A stretch of DNA of 64,000 nt, from the IMG/VR virus record IMGVR_UViG_3300033075_000468; one strand, 5' to 3'. Source of the DNA: a virus. Shown here piece by piece: positions 20,201 to 29,955 of the stretch (positions are counted from its first letter, which is position 1; each line of letters starts with the position of its first letter). The notes beneath the pieces are model-generated. The model saw nothing but the letters and a program-made list of their open reading frames with translations. It was not told the DNA's origin and did no database searches. The position numbers and the translations under genes were made by a program.

Positions 20201-23200
20201 GTCCCGATAACGCTGAACGAAGTCCAAAGCACGCTCTGCTGCTCCACCAGCCTTAGATCTAGTCTTTGAGAATCTACCCTCACCAGGCATATTCCGCCAT
20301 CCATACCCAAGCGTATCTCCCGCCTGTTGAGCAATCTCTTGTCGCATCTTCCACTTAGCAAATCTAGAAATCTCTTTACGAGTATAATTCTTGGCGTCTC
20401 TACCAGTAGAAACATCATCAAGGTGCATCTCTGCCAACAACTTCTGTTGTTCAACAGTAAGAGCACGGAACTTTCTCGCCCCGACAAGCTCTCTCTTAAA
20501 GCTTCTCTTCGCCAGCGCTTCCTTATTCTTGTTTACTCTATCATTTGCAGTATCACGAATAGCAGCGGTCTTAGCATTCTCTAGATTGGCTGCGTCCTCT
20601 GCCTTCTTGGCTAGTTCCTCAGCTTCCTTAGCAATTCTATCGGCAGCTTTTGTTTTAGCCTCATTCCATGCAGCTTTCTCTGCCTCCCATGCAGCAAGTT
20701 TGGCTTCGTTTCTAGCTTTAATTTCTTCTCTTTGCTTTGCTGAACCCTTAACCTTCTCAAGTTGTGGCTTCTTAGGCTCTTCGCCAGTTCCTAATTCTGC
20801 ATTAGCAAGCTCTTCAAGCTTCTTATTTCTACGCTCTTCTGTTACTCTGTTAAACTCTTGTTCTGAATTGAAGATTTCTTCAGTACCATCATCATAAGTT
20901 ACCTTGAAAGCACTTGTGAACATATCAGCAAGTTCTCTCTGTGCCTTGTCTCTATCTAGCTTAGCCTTTGACAATTGGTTCTGAAGCCCCAGCTTACGAC
21001 GCTTATATACTTTAGCAAGTCTCTCGTCATGTGCCTTTACAGCAGCTTCTTCAGCAACTCTTGCCTCTTCTAGCTGGTCCTCGATAACCCAAAGAGCGTC
21101 TTGTTTAGTAACAAAGGCATCTCGCATTCCATCAATCTCTTGTTGAGAATGGCTAGCCAGTGCATCTACAGCACTATATCCTCTATCACTTCTAGCTTCT
21201 CCTGTATCCTTAACAAGATCCGGGTCCATCTGGAATTCTTTTCTAGCATTGTCGTCTTCTGGCCCATTTGCTCTTAGACCATTCAAGGTATTGACACGCC
21301 CATCCATTCCAATGGACTTCATACCTCTGCGTCGTGCAGCCTCAGCAATGTCTCTAGTGATTGTCTCACCAAATACCAATTGAGCCATATCAAGGTTTCT
21401 ATTTAGCTCACCCGCAATAGCATGAGCACGCTTTGCATACTCTGTAACCATGTCTTCTGACAAGTCGGGGAAATATGCACGCACAAGCTTCTTCGCATCA
21501 CGCAAAGAGTTAGAAGTTACACGTGATTCACGAATCTTACCCTTCTTAACGGTTGCTTCAGTACCCTCTGTTGCTGCTGCAACTGTCATGTTGTGCAACA
21601 AGCCTGCCATCTCAGGAGAAAGATTTCCTACAAGCGCTCCCAGGTTTGGAACACGCTCAAACTTAACACGACCTCTTCTACCAAAGAGTTTAGGTGCAGT
21701 CTTATCTGATGGGCCAAAGTATTTATCAAGTATATCACTGTGTCTCTCTCCACCAAAGATATCCTTGCTATACTTCTCTGCTTGCTCTTCCCGGCGAGAC
21801 TTCTTGCCAAACTTGACAGTACGCATATAACCGCTCTTATCCAGAGCAGCGTCAAGTGCCTCTAAATCTGTATCGTATAGCTGACCCTTTGTTAGAGATT
21901 CAATGAATCTTGTTGCTTCTATAATCTTGCGCTCTGAACGCTTATTCATTCCACGCATTCCAGACTGTGCAGCAATAACTTCATCTAGAGTAAGTAACCT
22001 TCTAGTCTCTAGATCCCGCAGTTCATTCTGAATCTTTGCTATGTAGTCCTCAACTAATGCACGACGCTCTGGACGAGTAGCACTCTCACCAGTTCTCTTA
22101 TCAAATCTATCGAGTGTATACATAGCCTTAGAAAGCTTGTCTCTAAGGTTTCCAGTATAGAAATTGTAAAGTTCCTCATCACCGTGAACTTCTTCCCAAT
22201 CATTATCAATCTTTCTGATTGTCTCAATGTTTGCAGCAATAGACTTCTTGTGTCCATCAATAAGCTGTCTGGCTCTACCCAATGACTCTGAGTGCTTAAC
22301 TGAGAAATCTTCTGGATCTAAGTCCACTGTGTCTGAATCAATCTCACCAGATATAGCAAGGTTCTTAAGAGCACGAAGTAGTGCTTCTCTACGGCGTTGA
22401 CCTCTTTCAATCAGATCACCAGTCTTACCCATCTTGGCTTGTTCGGCTTCAAACTTGTCAAATGTCTTATTGAAGTCGTATAGAAGAGAGGTATAGCCCT
22501 TCGCAATTTTTTCATCGCCAGTGTCAAAAGTTTGTCTTCTAAGGAAATCTTGGAATCTACGAACTGCACGCTCAGCATCACCATACTGTCTTGGCTTACG
22601 CAATCTTCCATTGCTAAATCTGTCAGCATAAAGCTCTGCCTTCTTTGCCTGAAGCCGACCCATCTCATCAAATAGATCGCTAAGATCTTGAAGTCTTTTA
22701 CCTGTTGCTGAAAGTCCTTCTTCTTGTGCAGCAAGAATTTCTCTTACGCCAGCAAGTGCCTCGTCAACCTCACCAACAGATTTCTTAATTGCACGGGCCT
22801 TGATAGAGCCCTGGCTTCTTATGAGATTGCTACCAGTCAATGACCGATCTACACCATATGAAGGTGTTGTCTGTGATGCATCTGGATTAAGGGCACTGTC
22901 TGTAGCATGCTTGATAATGCTCTCGAATTCTTGAGTAAACATTCTGTCCACCCCAGCCTTATCCATAATCTCCTTTGAGATTTGAGCTACTACAGCAGTA
23001 GCCTTATGGAAGTCCTCGGTTGGCAGCATGGCACTAAGCGCTTTCATAGCCTCAGCCGGTCTATAACCCGCATAAACAATTCTTGAAACAGCATCGGCTA
23101 CAGCAGGAGGCAGACCACCCTTTGAAGCAATATGTGAGTGCTGATCTGATTGCCCGAAAGCGCTTCTAATGAAGTCGATCATTATCTCTTCATTTTTCTT

Positions 23201-26200
23201 ATCTGACTTCTCAATAGTAAGAGCATTTCTTGCACGAATCATTCCGTTAATTTCAACGATACGATCATAAGCAGGCGAATCTGCATCTGGAACTTGTAGT
23301 TCTTCGATAAGAGAACGAACACGACTAATCATCTTTTGGATTTCTCCATCAGACATACCAGCGTGGATTTCCTTCTTCTTCTTAGTAAGCTTATTGCTTA
23401 GAATACCAAATGTATTTGCTAGCTTTTCATTACCACGCTCTACATATGTTTCTCTTTCACCTAGGCTCTTTGAGAAGAACATATTATTTATCTTGTCGCC
23501 AACTACAGTTGCAACAATAGAATCTACACCTCTAGGCGAAGCTCCAATTTCTCCTGAAGTTACTTGTTCCATACCAAATTTTCTAGGAGTTCTTGGGCGT
23601 GCAGCAAATCCTTTAAAGAATGTATTTCTTCTATCATCTTCAGCGAGAATTTTATCTAGTCCGGTAAAGTCAAAATACTTCTCTCCCGACTTATCATCTT
23701 GCCCCAACTCAAGCAGTTCTTTGAGTGATTCACCAATAAAGTAATCAGGAGCCAAAGACTTAGATCTTGTATTGCCCGTGATATTTCTGATCGTTCTCTT
23801 TAGACCATTGCTAAGACCTACTTGTCTTTGGATCTCAACAAGATCATTGCTGTCTGGCACCATACCACCGGCAATATCTTGAACAATGCGAGCAATCGCA
23901 TCACGCATAACACTCTGTGAGCGAAGGATTCTTTTTCTTTGTACCTTCAAAAGACTTGTGTTTGTAGCTGTGTGTCTCCCACTTGAAACCTCGTTCTCGA
24001 TCATTTCAAGTACATACTTGTTCTTACCCTCAACAGTCTCGACCATCTTGATCAAGCGCTGTTGCAGGGTATTGAATTGAGCAGCCTCAGTAGGAGAGAA
24101 TGATTCAGTAATAGAACGAAGAACCCGCCCCATCTCTTCAGTGAGTCCTTGGTCCTTCTTCATTCTGCCCTTTTGACCTTTGCCAGCTAATTCAGCTTTT
24201 CTAATGTCATAAAGGCTCTTGCTTATTCTCTCTACAGGGTCTAGTCCTTTACCCCGAGCATCAACATCTTGTGCCTCAGCTTTTGCTACCTCTAGCACCT
24301 GTGCAATTTGTCTATCATATTCCCGCTCTGATACGTCAATAAATCCTTGGCCTGAAGAATCATGAATTAGTTCCTTAATATGCTCGAACATTGTAAAAGG
24401 CAATGGACGTGGATCATCTGCCGTAGTCATTGCTTCTCTAGCTCTGACAATATCTGAAGCAGCTTCTTCAATAGTGTCTCTTGCCGGGAAGGCATCTCTT
24501 CTTGCTTTAAGGCCAGCACGCTCAAGGGCATCCTTAAATAGTGCTGACTTATCTTGTGCAGATAGATCTGACTTCTCTGCTGCCTTGATCCACTGATCAA
24601 CTTGAACGGCAGTGATAGTTTCACCACTTGGCTTTTCCACAAGCTTACGAAGGGTTGAATCCCAAGTTGTAACTTTTTCTCTACGAATTGATCCTCTTAG
24701 TCTCTCAATTCTCTTTGATGCGGCTTCTGACCCAGCCGAATTTGTAGAGATATCACGCAATGTATCTCTCAAAGCATCAGAGAATCTATAGAATCTGTTC
24801 TCGAAGTCTGCAAGAGCCTCAGCAGGATCAGCAATAGACATATCAATAGTTACAGGAGCATCATATCCCCATGTCTTCTTGAATGATGCCATTCTATTTC
24901 TAAGACGCTCTAGTCTCTCAATGCGATTATTTACAGCATCAAGATCCGGGTCCACCATATCGCCAAGAGCTAGTCTTCTTGCAAGATTCTTGATATCTGC
25001 CTCTGAACCTAATGCCTTGATTTGATCGTCTGAAGAAGCAATTATTGCCTCAAGATCCTTGACTCTGGCATCTGTTTGGCCAGGCTTTAGGATTGAGGTA
25101 TCAATAGCTTCCTTTACGTCTTTACCTCTACCTAGCCCAATTCTCTTATTTCTTCTGATAATCTTATTTCTTAATGACATTGCAGCATCTTCAGAAGAAA
25201 CTGCGCTAGCTGTTGCTGTACCAGGCATCAAAGTAGCAAGATACGCTCCCGAATCGAAAGCCTCATGCTTTAATGAACCAGCAGCCTTGCGCTTCATAGC
25301 AATGCCCGCAGCCTCAACAGAGTTGAGGTGCGTTTGTGCTGTGGCCTGAGCCTCAATAGCAGTAGCATTAGCAGTAGCAGCAGCAGTGTGCGCCTGTGTT
25401 GCTGTAGCGATACCTTCAGTAGTTATCTTTGTCTTAGAAGCTTCATCAATAAGTGTCTTTAAAGTTACCTTGTAATCATTGATGCTTATTTTTCCCTTAG
25501 AAAATGCATCATTAAGAAGAACAAGTGCGTCCTCGGCTTCAGGCGTCCACTTCCACATCTCACCAAAAGTTTTGGATATACCAAACAGCTTAAGGAATGG
25601 GAAGATCAAACCCTTTGCTGATGTGCCAAGCACGATCATCGCCTGACCAGCAGAATAAATCACTGGACCTAATGCGGATAGACCTACCAGCAATGTAAGC
25701 GCAGCCTTTTTTACGCCCTCAGGAAGCTTCTCAAACGAGTCAATAACTTTCTTTATATTCTCAAGAAGATCAACAACATACGGAATAAGCTTCTTGCCAA
25801 TGTCCTGACCAGTATTAACGATCTTTTGAAGTAGACCTTGAATACGGATTGTCTCATCAGCACCTACAACATCTAGCTGCTTTGACCATTCCTGAGCGAA
25901 TGCACCAATTTCTGTATTAGCAATGTTCATTGCTATTGCAAGATCTTGTCCGCTAGCTGTCGCTTGATCCATTGACTTAGACAGTGCCTCAAGAAGCTGT
26001 CCACCTTCTGTAGCCCCTTCTCCACCAAACAATGCTCTAATAGTTCTGAGAGATGTTGCGTACTTTGTGGGATCTGTTTTTTCTAATAGAGCATATCCCT
26101 TTGCCAATTCAGAAAGCATTTGCACAGCAGTTGCAGGCTTCCCGTCATTATTCATGAGCTTAACCTGTACGCCAGTAAGCTTTCCTATAGAATTGATTTG

Positions 26201-27358
26201 CTCCTGAAGGTCCTTAAGTCTTTGCTTACCACCTGTTGAACCCGTCTCAATGTTTGCAAGAGCAGTAGGCAACTTTACAAGTGCGTTATTCAATGCCCGA
26301 GCAGCATCAGAGGCAGACAGACCACCCTGGGTAATACCAGCCATAAGGGCTGCTGTCTGTGTAATAGAAGCATCGAATCTTTTTGTAGTTGGGAATACAT
26401 CTGCTAGAGCAGCAGCAGTATCCTTAATGTTCATGTTTGTCTTCTGATCAATGATCAAGAATTTTTGTAGCTGATCTTCTACTGTTTCGATAGACATACC
26501 AGCCTGATACATAACCTGCACAAGCTTTTGTGCTTCTGAAGTATCAACCTTACCTAGAATTGCTAGCTCTGAAGCTTGTTGTGTGGCTTTACCTACTTTT
26601 TCAATACTAAAGCCTACACGTGCAAACTCTGATTGCATTTCTTTCAGGCTTACACGTGTCATTCCATATGTCTCAGAAAGTGAGCGAGTCTGATCATCAA
26701 GCTTCTTTAGATCGTCTGAACTAGCTGTAGAAAGTACACGCTTAAGAACAAGATCTACTGCACCAATTTCCATGGCAGCACGAACAGAAGTAACACCAAT
26801 AGCAGCTAGTGGAGCAGTAACACCAACCATAAGCTGGCGACCAGTCCACTGTGCATTCTTACCTAGCTTGATCCACTTATCTGCTGTGTTATCAAGATAT
26901 CTTGTGATTAAGTTGCCCTTGATCAAGAATCGAGTATGCGCCATGTCCATGTCATTCATTGATCTGACATATCCATTGTGTCTAGTCGATGTTGTCTCGA
27001 ACTCTTTACCTAACCGATATAGACCTTCCTTAAGTCCATTCAATGACTTAAGATATCTATTATCTATAACCTTTGAGCCCTCGTTCCAGGCATTAGCCAA
27101 GAGGGACCCGTGCTCTCTAGCAAGCTGGGCCTGAGTGATGTTTTTATTAAGGGCTTTGGTAACTGTACCAATGGCAGCAGCTTGTTTATTAGCGCTGCTA
27201 GCTACCGCTCCCCCACCTAGTGCTTTATTCATAGAAGCACTGGCTTGTTCCATAGCCTTAGCTATGCCCTTCGCCATTTGCTCTACTACTTGCCCACCCT
27301 TGATTGCTGATGTAGCATCAACATTTACAACGATGGGCATTACAATTGCTTGACTCAA
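17219..27358 (-). CDS. Tail tape measure protein (3379 aa) with a C-terminal M15-type peptidase motif.
   Basis: It lies immediately downstream of the chaperone pair. It has long Ala/Glu/Lys-rich coiled-coil tracts, a hydrophobic Gly-rich membrane-like segment, and a C-terminal SSMHEFGLAMD, which fits the M15 signature S-x-H-x-x-G-x-A-x-D. Confidence 0.8.
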   Translation of the reverse strand: MSQAIVMPIVVNVDATSAIKGGQVVEQMAKGIAKAMEQASASMNKALGGGAVASSANKQAAAIGTVTKALNKNITQAQLAREHGSLLANAWNEGSKVIDNRYLKSLNGLKEGLYRLGKEFETTSTRHNGYVRSMNDMDMAHTRFLIKGNLITRYLDNTADKWIKLGKNAQWTGRQLMVGVTAPLAAIGVTSVRAAMEIGAVDLVLKRVLSTASSDDLKKLDDQTRSLSETYGMTRVSLKEMQSEFARVGFSIEKVGKATQQASELAILGKVDTSEAQKLVQVMYQAGMSIETVEDQLQKFLIIDQKTNMNIKDTAAALADVFPTTKRFDASITQTAALMAGITQGGLSASDAARALNNALVKLPTALANIETGSTGGKQRLKDLQEQINSIGKLTGVQVKLMNNDGKPATAVQMLSELAKGYALLEKTDPTKYATSLRTIRALFGGEGATEGGQLLEALSKSMDQATASGQDLAIAMNIANTEIGAFAQEWSKQLDVVGADETIRIQGLLQKIVNTGQDIGKKLIPYVVDLLENIKKVIDSFEKLPEGVKKAALTLLVGLSALGPVIYSAGQAMIVLGTSAKGLIFPFLKLFGISKTFGEMWKWTPEAEDALVLLNDAFSKGKISINDYKVTLKTLIDEASKTKITTEGIATATQAHTAAATANATAIEAQATAQTHLNSVEAAGIAMKRKAAGSLKHEAFDSGAYLATLMPGTATASAVSSEDAAMSLRNKIIRRNKRIGLGRGKDVKEAIDTSILKPGQTDARVKDLEAIIASSDDQIKALGSEADIKNLARRLALGDMVDPDLDAVNNRIERLERLRNRMASFKKTWGYDAPVTIDMSIADPAEALADFENRFYRFSDALRDTLRDISTNSAGSEAASKRIERLRGSIRREKVTTWDSTLRKLVEKPSGETITAVQVDQWIKAAEKSDLSAQDKSALFKDALERAGLKARRDAFPARDTIEEAASDIVRAREAMTTADDPRPLPFTMFEHIKELIHDSSGQGFIDVSEREYDRQIAQVLEVAKAEAQDVDARGKGLDPVERISKSLYDIRKAELAGKGQKGRMKKDQGLTEEMGRVLRSITESFSPTEAAQFNTLQQRLIKMVETVEGKNKYVLEMIENEVSSGRHTATNTSLLKVQRKRILRSQSVMRDAIARIVQDIAGGMVPDSNDLVEIQRQVGLSNGLKRTIRNITGNTRSKSLAPDYFIGESLKELLELGQDDKSGEKYFDFTGLDKILAEDDRRNTFFKGFAARPRTPRKFGMEQVTSGEIGASPRGVDSIVATVVGDKINNMFFSKSLGERETYVERGNEKLANTFGILSNKLTKKKKEIHAGMSDGEIQKMISRVRSLIEELQVPDADSPAYDRIVEINGMIRARNALTIEKSDKKNEEIMIDFIRSAFGQSDQHSHIASKGGLPPAVADAVSRIVYAGYRPAEAMKALSAMLPTEDFHKATAVVAQISKEIMDKAGVDRMFTQEFESIIKHATDSALNPDASQTTPSYGVDRSLTGSNLIRSQGSIKARAIKKSVGEVDEALAGVREILAAQEEGLSATGKRLQDLSDLFDEMGRLQAKKAELYADRFSNGRLRKPRQYGDAERAVRRFQDFLRRQTFDTGDEKIAKGYTSLLYDFNKTFDKFEAEQAKMGKTGDLIERGQRRREALLRALKNLAISGEIDSDTVDLDPEDFSVKHSESLGRARQLIDGHKKSIAANIETIRKIDNDWEEVHGDEELYNFYTGNLRDKLSKAMYTLDRFDKRTGESATRPERRALVEDYIAKIQNELRDLETRRLLTLDEVIAAQSGMRGMNKRSERKIIEATRFIESLTKGQLYDTDLEALDAALDKSGYMRTVKFGKKSRREEQAEKYSKDIFGGERHSDILDKYFGPSDKTAPKLFGRRGRVKFERVPNLGALVGNLSPEMAGLLHNMTVAAATEGTEATVKKGKIRESRVTSNSLRDAKKLVRAYFPDLSEDMVTEYAKRAHAIAGELNRNLDMAQLVFGETITRDIAEAARRRGMKSIGMDGRVNTLNGLRANGPEDDNARKEFQMDPDLVKDTGEARSDRGYSAVDALASHSQQEIDGMRDAFVTKQDALWVIEDQLEEARVAEEAAVKAHDERLAKVYKRRKLGLQNQLSKAKLDRDKAQRELADMFTSAFKVTYDDGTEEIFNSEQEFNRVTEERRNKKLEELANAELGTGEEPKKPQLEKVKGSAKQREEIKARNEAKLAAWEAEKAAWNEAKTKAADRIAKEAEELAKKAEDAANLENAKTAAIRDTANDRVNKNKEALAKRSFKRELVGARKFRALTVEQQKLLAEMHLDDVSTGRDAKNYTRKEISRFAKWKMRQEIAQQAGDTLGYGWRNMPGEGRFSKTRSKAGGAAERALDFVQRYRDRDTTETLAQFAGDQFPITRKKRFSRAKFFGGLVKDAAESEKGKSVGGKAFGFLNILTNPAASIGKFTGFMKSFAQEGGKGVAIMEGMFGPQMAGQISTGLAAAGPWILVIAAIAAVVLILWKNWKKWIDTARPGIEALKESLSKLWHGIIDPFIGVFKRLGGEGNKQGSMWKNIGTIIGAAARAFSKIIDVIRPFVSLLADTLASALYIFIQAIRLIIALLTGDWSDAWDAAKEIFSEVWDHMKMVAGLAVLAVIKGVFALVRGTIEGMGMIGNAARKFVAFLNPVGGAGPLENVDKWKQSALDAVGAAQSALEDKVWDTDSANRKAAEAGKKQGEAYKDGLDKINQEKLDLYSNLPTPDEQKAAAEEATKEFISAFKSKLEKIMEGWKDAALSAFDDWAQTQKDAIDEKVKAIDKEIDAERKRDEDLEYLRRKEEIREKRRELNVKYRADRALAIYEGRFDDAKQMDYDHGQSLKDLRKEDADVDKDRVKTLVDRERDAQKERLQIEKDALEKSIAAQRKALEAQLDAFTEFTPRSEQAAKDLQAKILGALSAATGGYATIGAENASAWSSSWKTAMDEAKKQVEDDNYWKNMGQEAMAAFAKELGVELDPKAFEDTPGNAPLTGDEAAAAAGGDNWAKAQGGGYQGRKGYTVNSFPDNPNRYHSGGTVAGMPGEVDATLLSGEYVMQRSAVSKYGQKMLDAMNNGKMKFHSGGMVSDVLAGGIKNVFGQFVKGFMGGNIGLGLTGSDGTTTNINASRMKQAILEAASPANMIIDHIYPAFMKAFNDFNAALGNKFDVVSGFRSYQQQADLYAKYLAGKGNLAAPPGSSMHEFGLAMDTAPNSTPADRELARKFGLVFPIPSEPWHVEPINAKQVRESLQAGSENLQNTYSELGFKIRNGLVVQNVPSLDVGGMIRKSGIAEVHKGERVLTASQTAAYNAGGKTEIHVHIDGNFFGSDREIEKLVGRIDREITPKIQRVKGTQSRTFSKVTH

Positions 27359-27418
27359 ACGATCACCCGTATTTAAAGGAATAGACTACTCTCTAAGTAT
27401 AGAGCAAGTTTTTTTTAA

Positions 27419-27721
27419 CTACACCTTCTCATATCCCATCTTAAATTCAAGGAACTCAGCTTGAAGTCCTTTGTCTGCTTCCTCTTCCTTTTTCTTTTTC
27501 CATTCACGCTCTGCCTCGATTAGTTCCTTTGGCAAATCTCCATCGAATTTAGGTTGAGAAAGTTCATCATCGCCTACTTCTATACCTTGAACTGCTGCCA
27601 TCATTTTAAACTCATTTCTTTTGGCTTTACCTAATTGCTCAGATAATAAAAGTAATTCATCAAGGATAAGATATTCTTCTATATCGTCAAAATTCTTCCA
27701 GGCCCCGATTCCATTTACCAT
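27419..27721 (-). CDS. Tail assembly chaperone, frameshift-extension (T-like) ORF.
   Basis: Acidic 100-aa ORF directly upstream of the tape measure gene. Its frame stays open into the last roughly 10 codons of the upstream chaperone gene in the -1 frame. Confidence 0.45.
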   Translation of the reverse strand: MVNGIGAWKNFDDIEEYLILDELLLLSEQLGKAKRNEFKMMAAVQGIEVGDDELSQPKFDGDLPKELIEAEREWKKKKEEEADKGLQAEFLEFKMGYEKV

Positions 27722-27780
27722 TAAATCGGCCTCTATCTCAGAGAAAGGTATATCCTCAAATTTGACCCCATCCCCTGAGC

Positions 27781-28092
27781 TTACTCTTCCGGGCTTGACT
27801 GACCCATTGCTATATTCATTAGCTTAGCAAATACATCAAGATCAATAGAATCCTCTAGTCGCTCTCTGTCCGCTGCTAGTTCTGGATCTACCTTCTTAAG
27901 AATGATGGATGCTGCATCCATCATGGTATCAATATCTTCGTCATTCATAGCCGTACCAAACTTCTCTTGATCCATCTTTTCAATGATCTTTACGAAGTCT
28001 CTTAGCTGACGAATAGTCAGTGGCTTAACTAATCTCTCTTGCTCATCAGCGAAAACCACAAGTTCGCCTTTTCTAACATTATGCTTGTCCAT
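27781..28092 (-). CDS. Tail assembly chaperone (G-like).
   Basis: Acidic 103-aa ORF between the major tail protein and the tape measure, the canonical position. Confidence 0.5.
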   Translation of the reverse strand: MDKHNVRKGELVVFADEQERLVKPLTIRQLRDFVKIIEKMDQEKFGTAMNDEDIDTMMDAASIILKKVDPELAADRERLEDSIDLDVFAKLMNIAMGQSSPEE

Positions 28093-28178
28093 ATTCTTCT
28101 CCTAGATAATAAATGATAGAGCCTAGGCAGTAAAACCTAGGCTCATATCAAGTATTCAATTTTCTCAGCTTATATCAA

Positions 28179-28724
28179 TTACGATTCAGCGTCTACAATT
28201 GTTCCATACTCTTGTCCAGTATGTGAAGCATCCGGCAGAATTCTAAACTCTACAGGGAACAGAGTTGCCTCTGAACGCTTGTATGAGTGACCTGACGAAG
28301 CGACGGATACTGCACGCCAGCATGTGTATGTACGATCGAATCCTTCTGGCGAAGTACCAATGAATTGAAGCTGACGCTCTGTCGGCTTACCTGTCTCATT
28401 TACACCTAGCTCAAGTGTTCCACCGAATGTTCCCGCTGTATAAGCAGCATCGGGGCGACCCCACGCAATTGCGAGATTTGCCAGAGTTGCCTCGGCAAGA
28501 GTCGTCTTGATCATTACCTTTACTGACTGCTCGATAAGTCTAGCAGCGTCACCGAATTGGTCTACGTTAATGTCCACCATGTTGGGCTCAAGCGTTACCT
28601 CTACACCGTCTACTGTGAATCCCATATCCGCTAGCGGGGTTGCTGGGGATAGATTTGCATCTAGCTCTCCTGAGAGCTTGATCGTACCTACGCCGACTAG
28701 AATATTCTTAACCTGTCGTGCCAT
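28179..28724 (-). CDS. Major tail protein (tube).
   Basis: ORF of 181 aa immediately upstream of the chaperone pair, preceded by a strong RBS (AGGAGG) and an upstream structured region. Confidence 0.55.
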   Translation of the reverse strand: MARQVKNILVGVGTIKLSGELDANLSPATPLADMGFTVDGVEVTLEPNMVDINVDQFGDAARLIEQSVKVMIKTTLAEATLANLAIAWGRPDAAYTAGTFGGTLELGVNETGKPTERQLQFIGTSPEGFDRTYTCWRAVSVASSGHSYKRSEATLFPVEFRILPDASHTGQEYGTIVDAES

Positions 28725-28823
28725 TATTTCCTCCTAAAAAAAATAAGTCCTCTTGGATTTTGGCCTCTAGGCCCATCCAAATCCTCATCTCTGAGAGTAG
28801 ACTTTTTGTTGTTCTACTGCAAA

Positions 28824-29606
28824 TTATCTGTTTATTGTGGTGGGGACTAAGCCTTTACCACTTACGAAAGCACCAGCAGCACCAGTTTGTGTAGGACCAA
28901 ATAATAATATCTGTCCTCTAGAAGTAACCTTTGCTCTTGCTACACCAAGTGAAGCTAGAGTAGTGCTACTCACACCCGCTCTTCTAAACGCTGCTGCGGC
29001 TGATCTATCTATCTTGATTTTGCCTTCTGTTTTAATCTCTATAACATCAGCAATAAAAGTATTTGATACCACAGCATTATACGCTGACAGTAGCCCCTTT
29101 ATTTCTGATGAAAGAGAATTGATTACTTTCTTGACTGCACCTACATATGGAGAACCAACACCATATTCAGTACCATCACGAACGACGCTTACTCCACCAG
29201 AATCTTTTTTATAGTTTTGATCCTCTGTAGAAGAGCCATCCGATGGGATACCAAACTCATGTGTATTCCAAAGATTTACATCACCAGATGAAACTCTAGG
29301 AATCGAACCGTCAGTTCTTGGGGGATGCCCGGCTTCCGATTCAGTCATACCTGAGATAATTACATCAATCCTATTGGAAGAAGTCTCTACCTCAATCTTT
29401 GTTCTATCAGCCATGAAGTTACCAATGCCTGAGTTTGGCATTCGTGTTCTTATGGCATCAATTATGATATTTCCTACAGCTTCTCCTGATTGTTCTGCAT
29501 GCTCTAATATGTTATGAGAAAAACCGTTCCCTATTGATCTTAGGGATGCAACGACAGTATCAACCTCAGAATAATCAACTTCAAATTTCGCTCTAAACCC
29601 TGCCAT
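28824..29606 (-). CDS. Hypothetical head-tail or neck protein.
   Basis: ORF of 260 aa between the capsid and tail genes. Confidence 0.35.
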   Translation of the reverse strand: MAGFRAKFEVDYSEVDTVVASLRSIGNGFSHNILEHAEQSGEAVGNIIIDAIRTRMPNSGIGNFMADRTKIEVETSSNRIDVIISGMTESEAGHPPRTDGSIPRVSSGDVNLWNTHEFGIPSDGSSTEDQNYKKDSGGVSVVRDGTEYGVGSPYVGAVKKVINSLSSEIKGLLSAYNAVVSNTFIADVIEIKTEGKIKIDRSAAAAFRRAGVSSTTLASLGVARAKVTSRGQILLFGPTQTGAAGAFVSGKGLVPTTINR

Positions 29607-29878
29607 TAATCCGCATAGTAATCCTCTACATCTTCTACTGTTGCGGGTACGAAATACACAAAGTGTGTTTCTTTAAAACCAAGTAGGTGCTCCGCTTCAG
29701 CCTCGTCTACTAATTGAAACGGATGATCCTTAAAAAAGCGAGTGCCATTTTCAGATGTATAAGTCATCGGACCCTTTTTCATCTTGATCAGGGTCTTTCC
29801 ACGATGTTTTCTTTTATCTAATAAATCTTTGTAATCGAAGACAACTTGCCCCGCCATCTTCTTTCTACGTTCTCTCAT
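29606..29878 (-). CDS. Hypothetical protein.
   Basis: Basic 90-aa ORF, start/stop-coupled with the downstream gene. Confidence 0.35.
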   Translation of the reverse strand: MRERRKKMAGQVVFDYKDLLDKRKHRGKTLIKMKKGPMTYTSENGTRFFKDHPFQLVDEAEAEHLLGFKETHFVYFVPATVEDVEDYYAD

Positions 29879-29955
29879 GAAAACCTCCTAGCCTAAAATA
29901 GCAAAGCTGCGCCCGAAGGCGCAGCTTGAACTGCTAAATCAATTCACTATCGACA

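Noticed and set aside
28745-28790. Intrinsic terminator upstream of the major tail gene.
   Set aside because: A compound hairpin (ggattttgg / ggcctctaggcc / ccaaatcc) is present, but on the transcribed strand the T-run is 11 nt away from the stem. I left it as a structured region rather than calling it a terminator.
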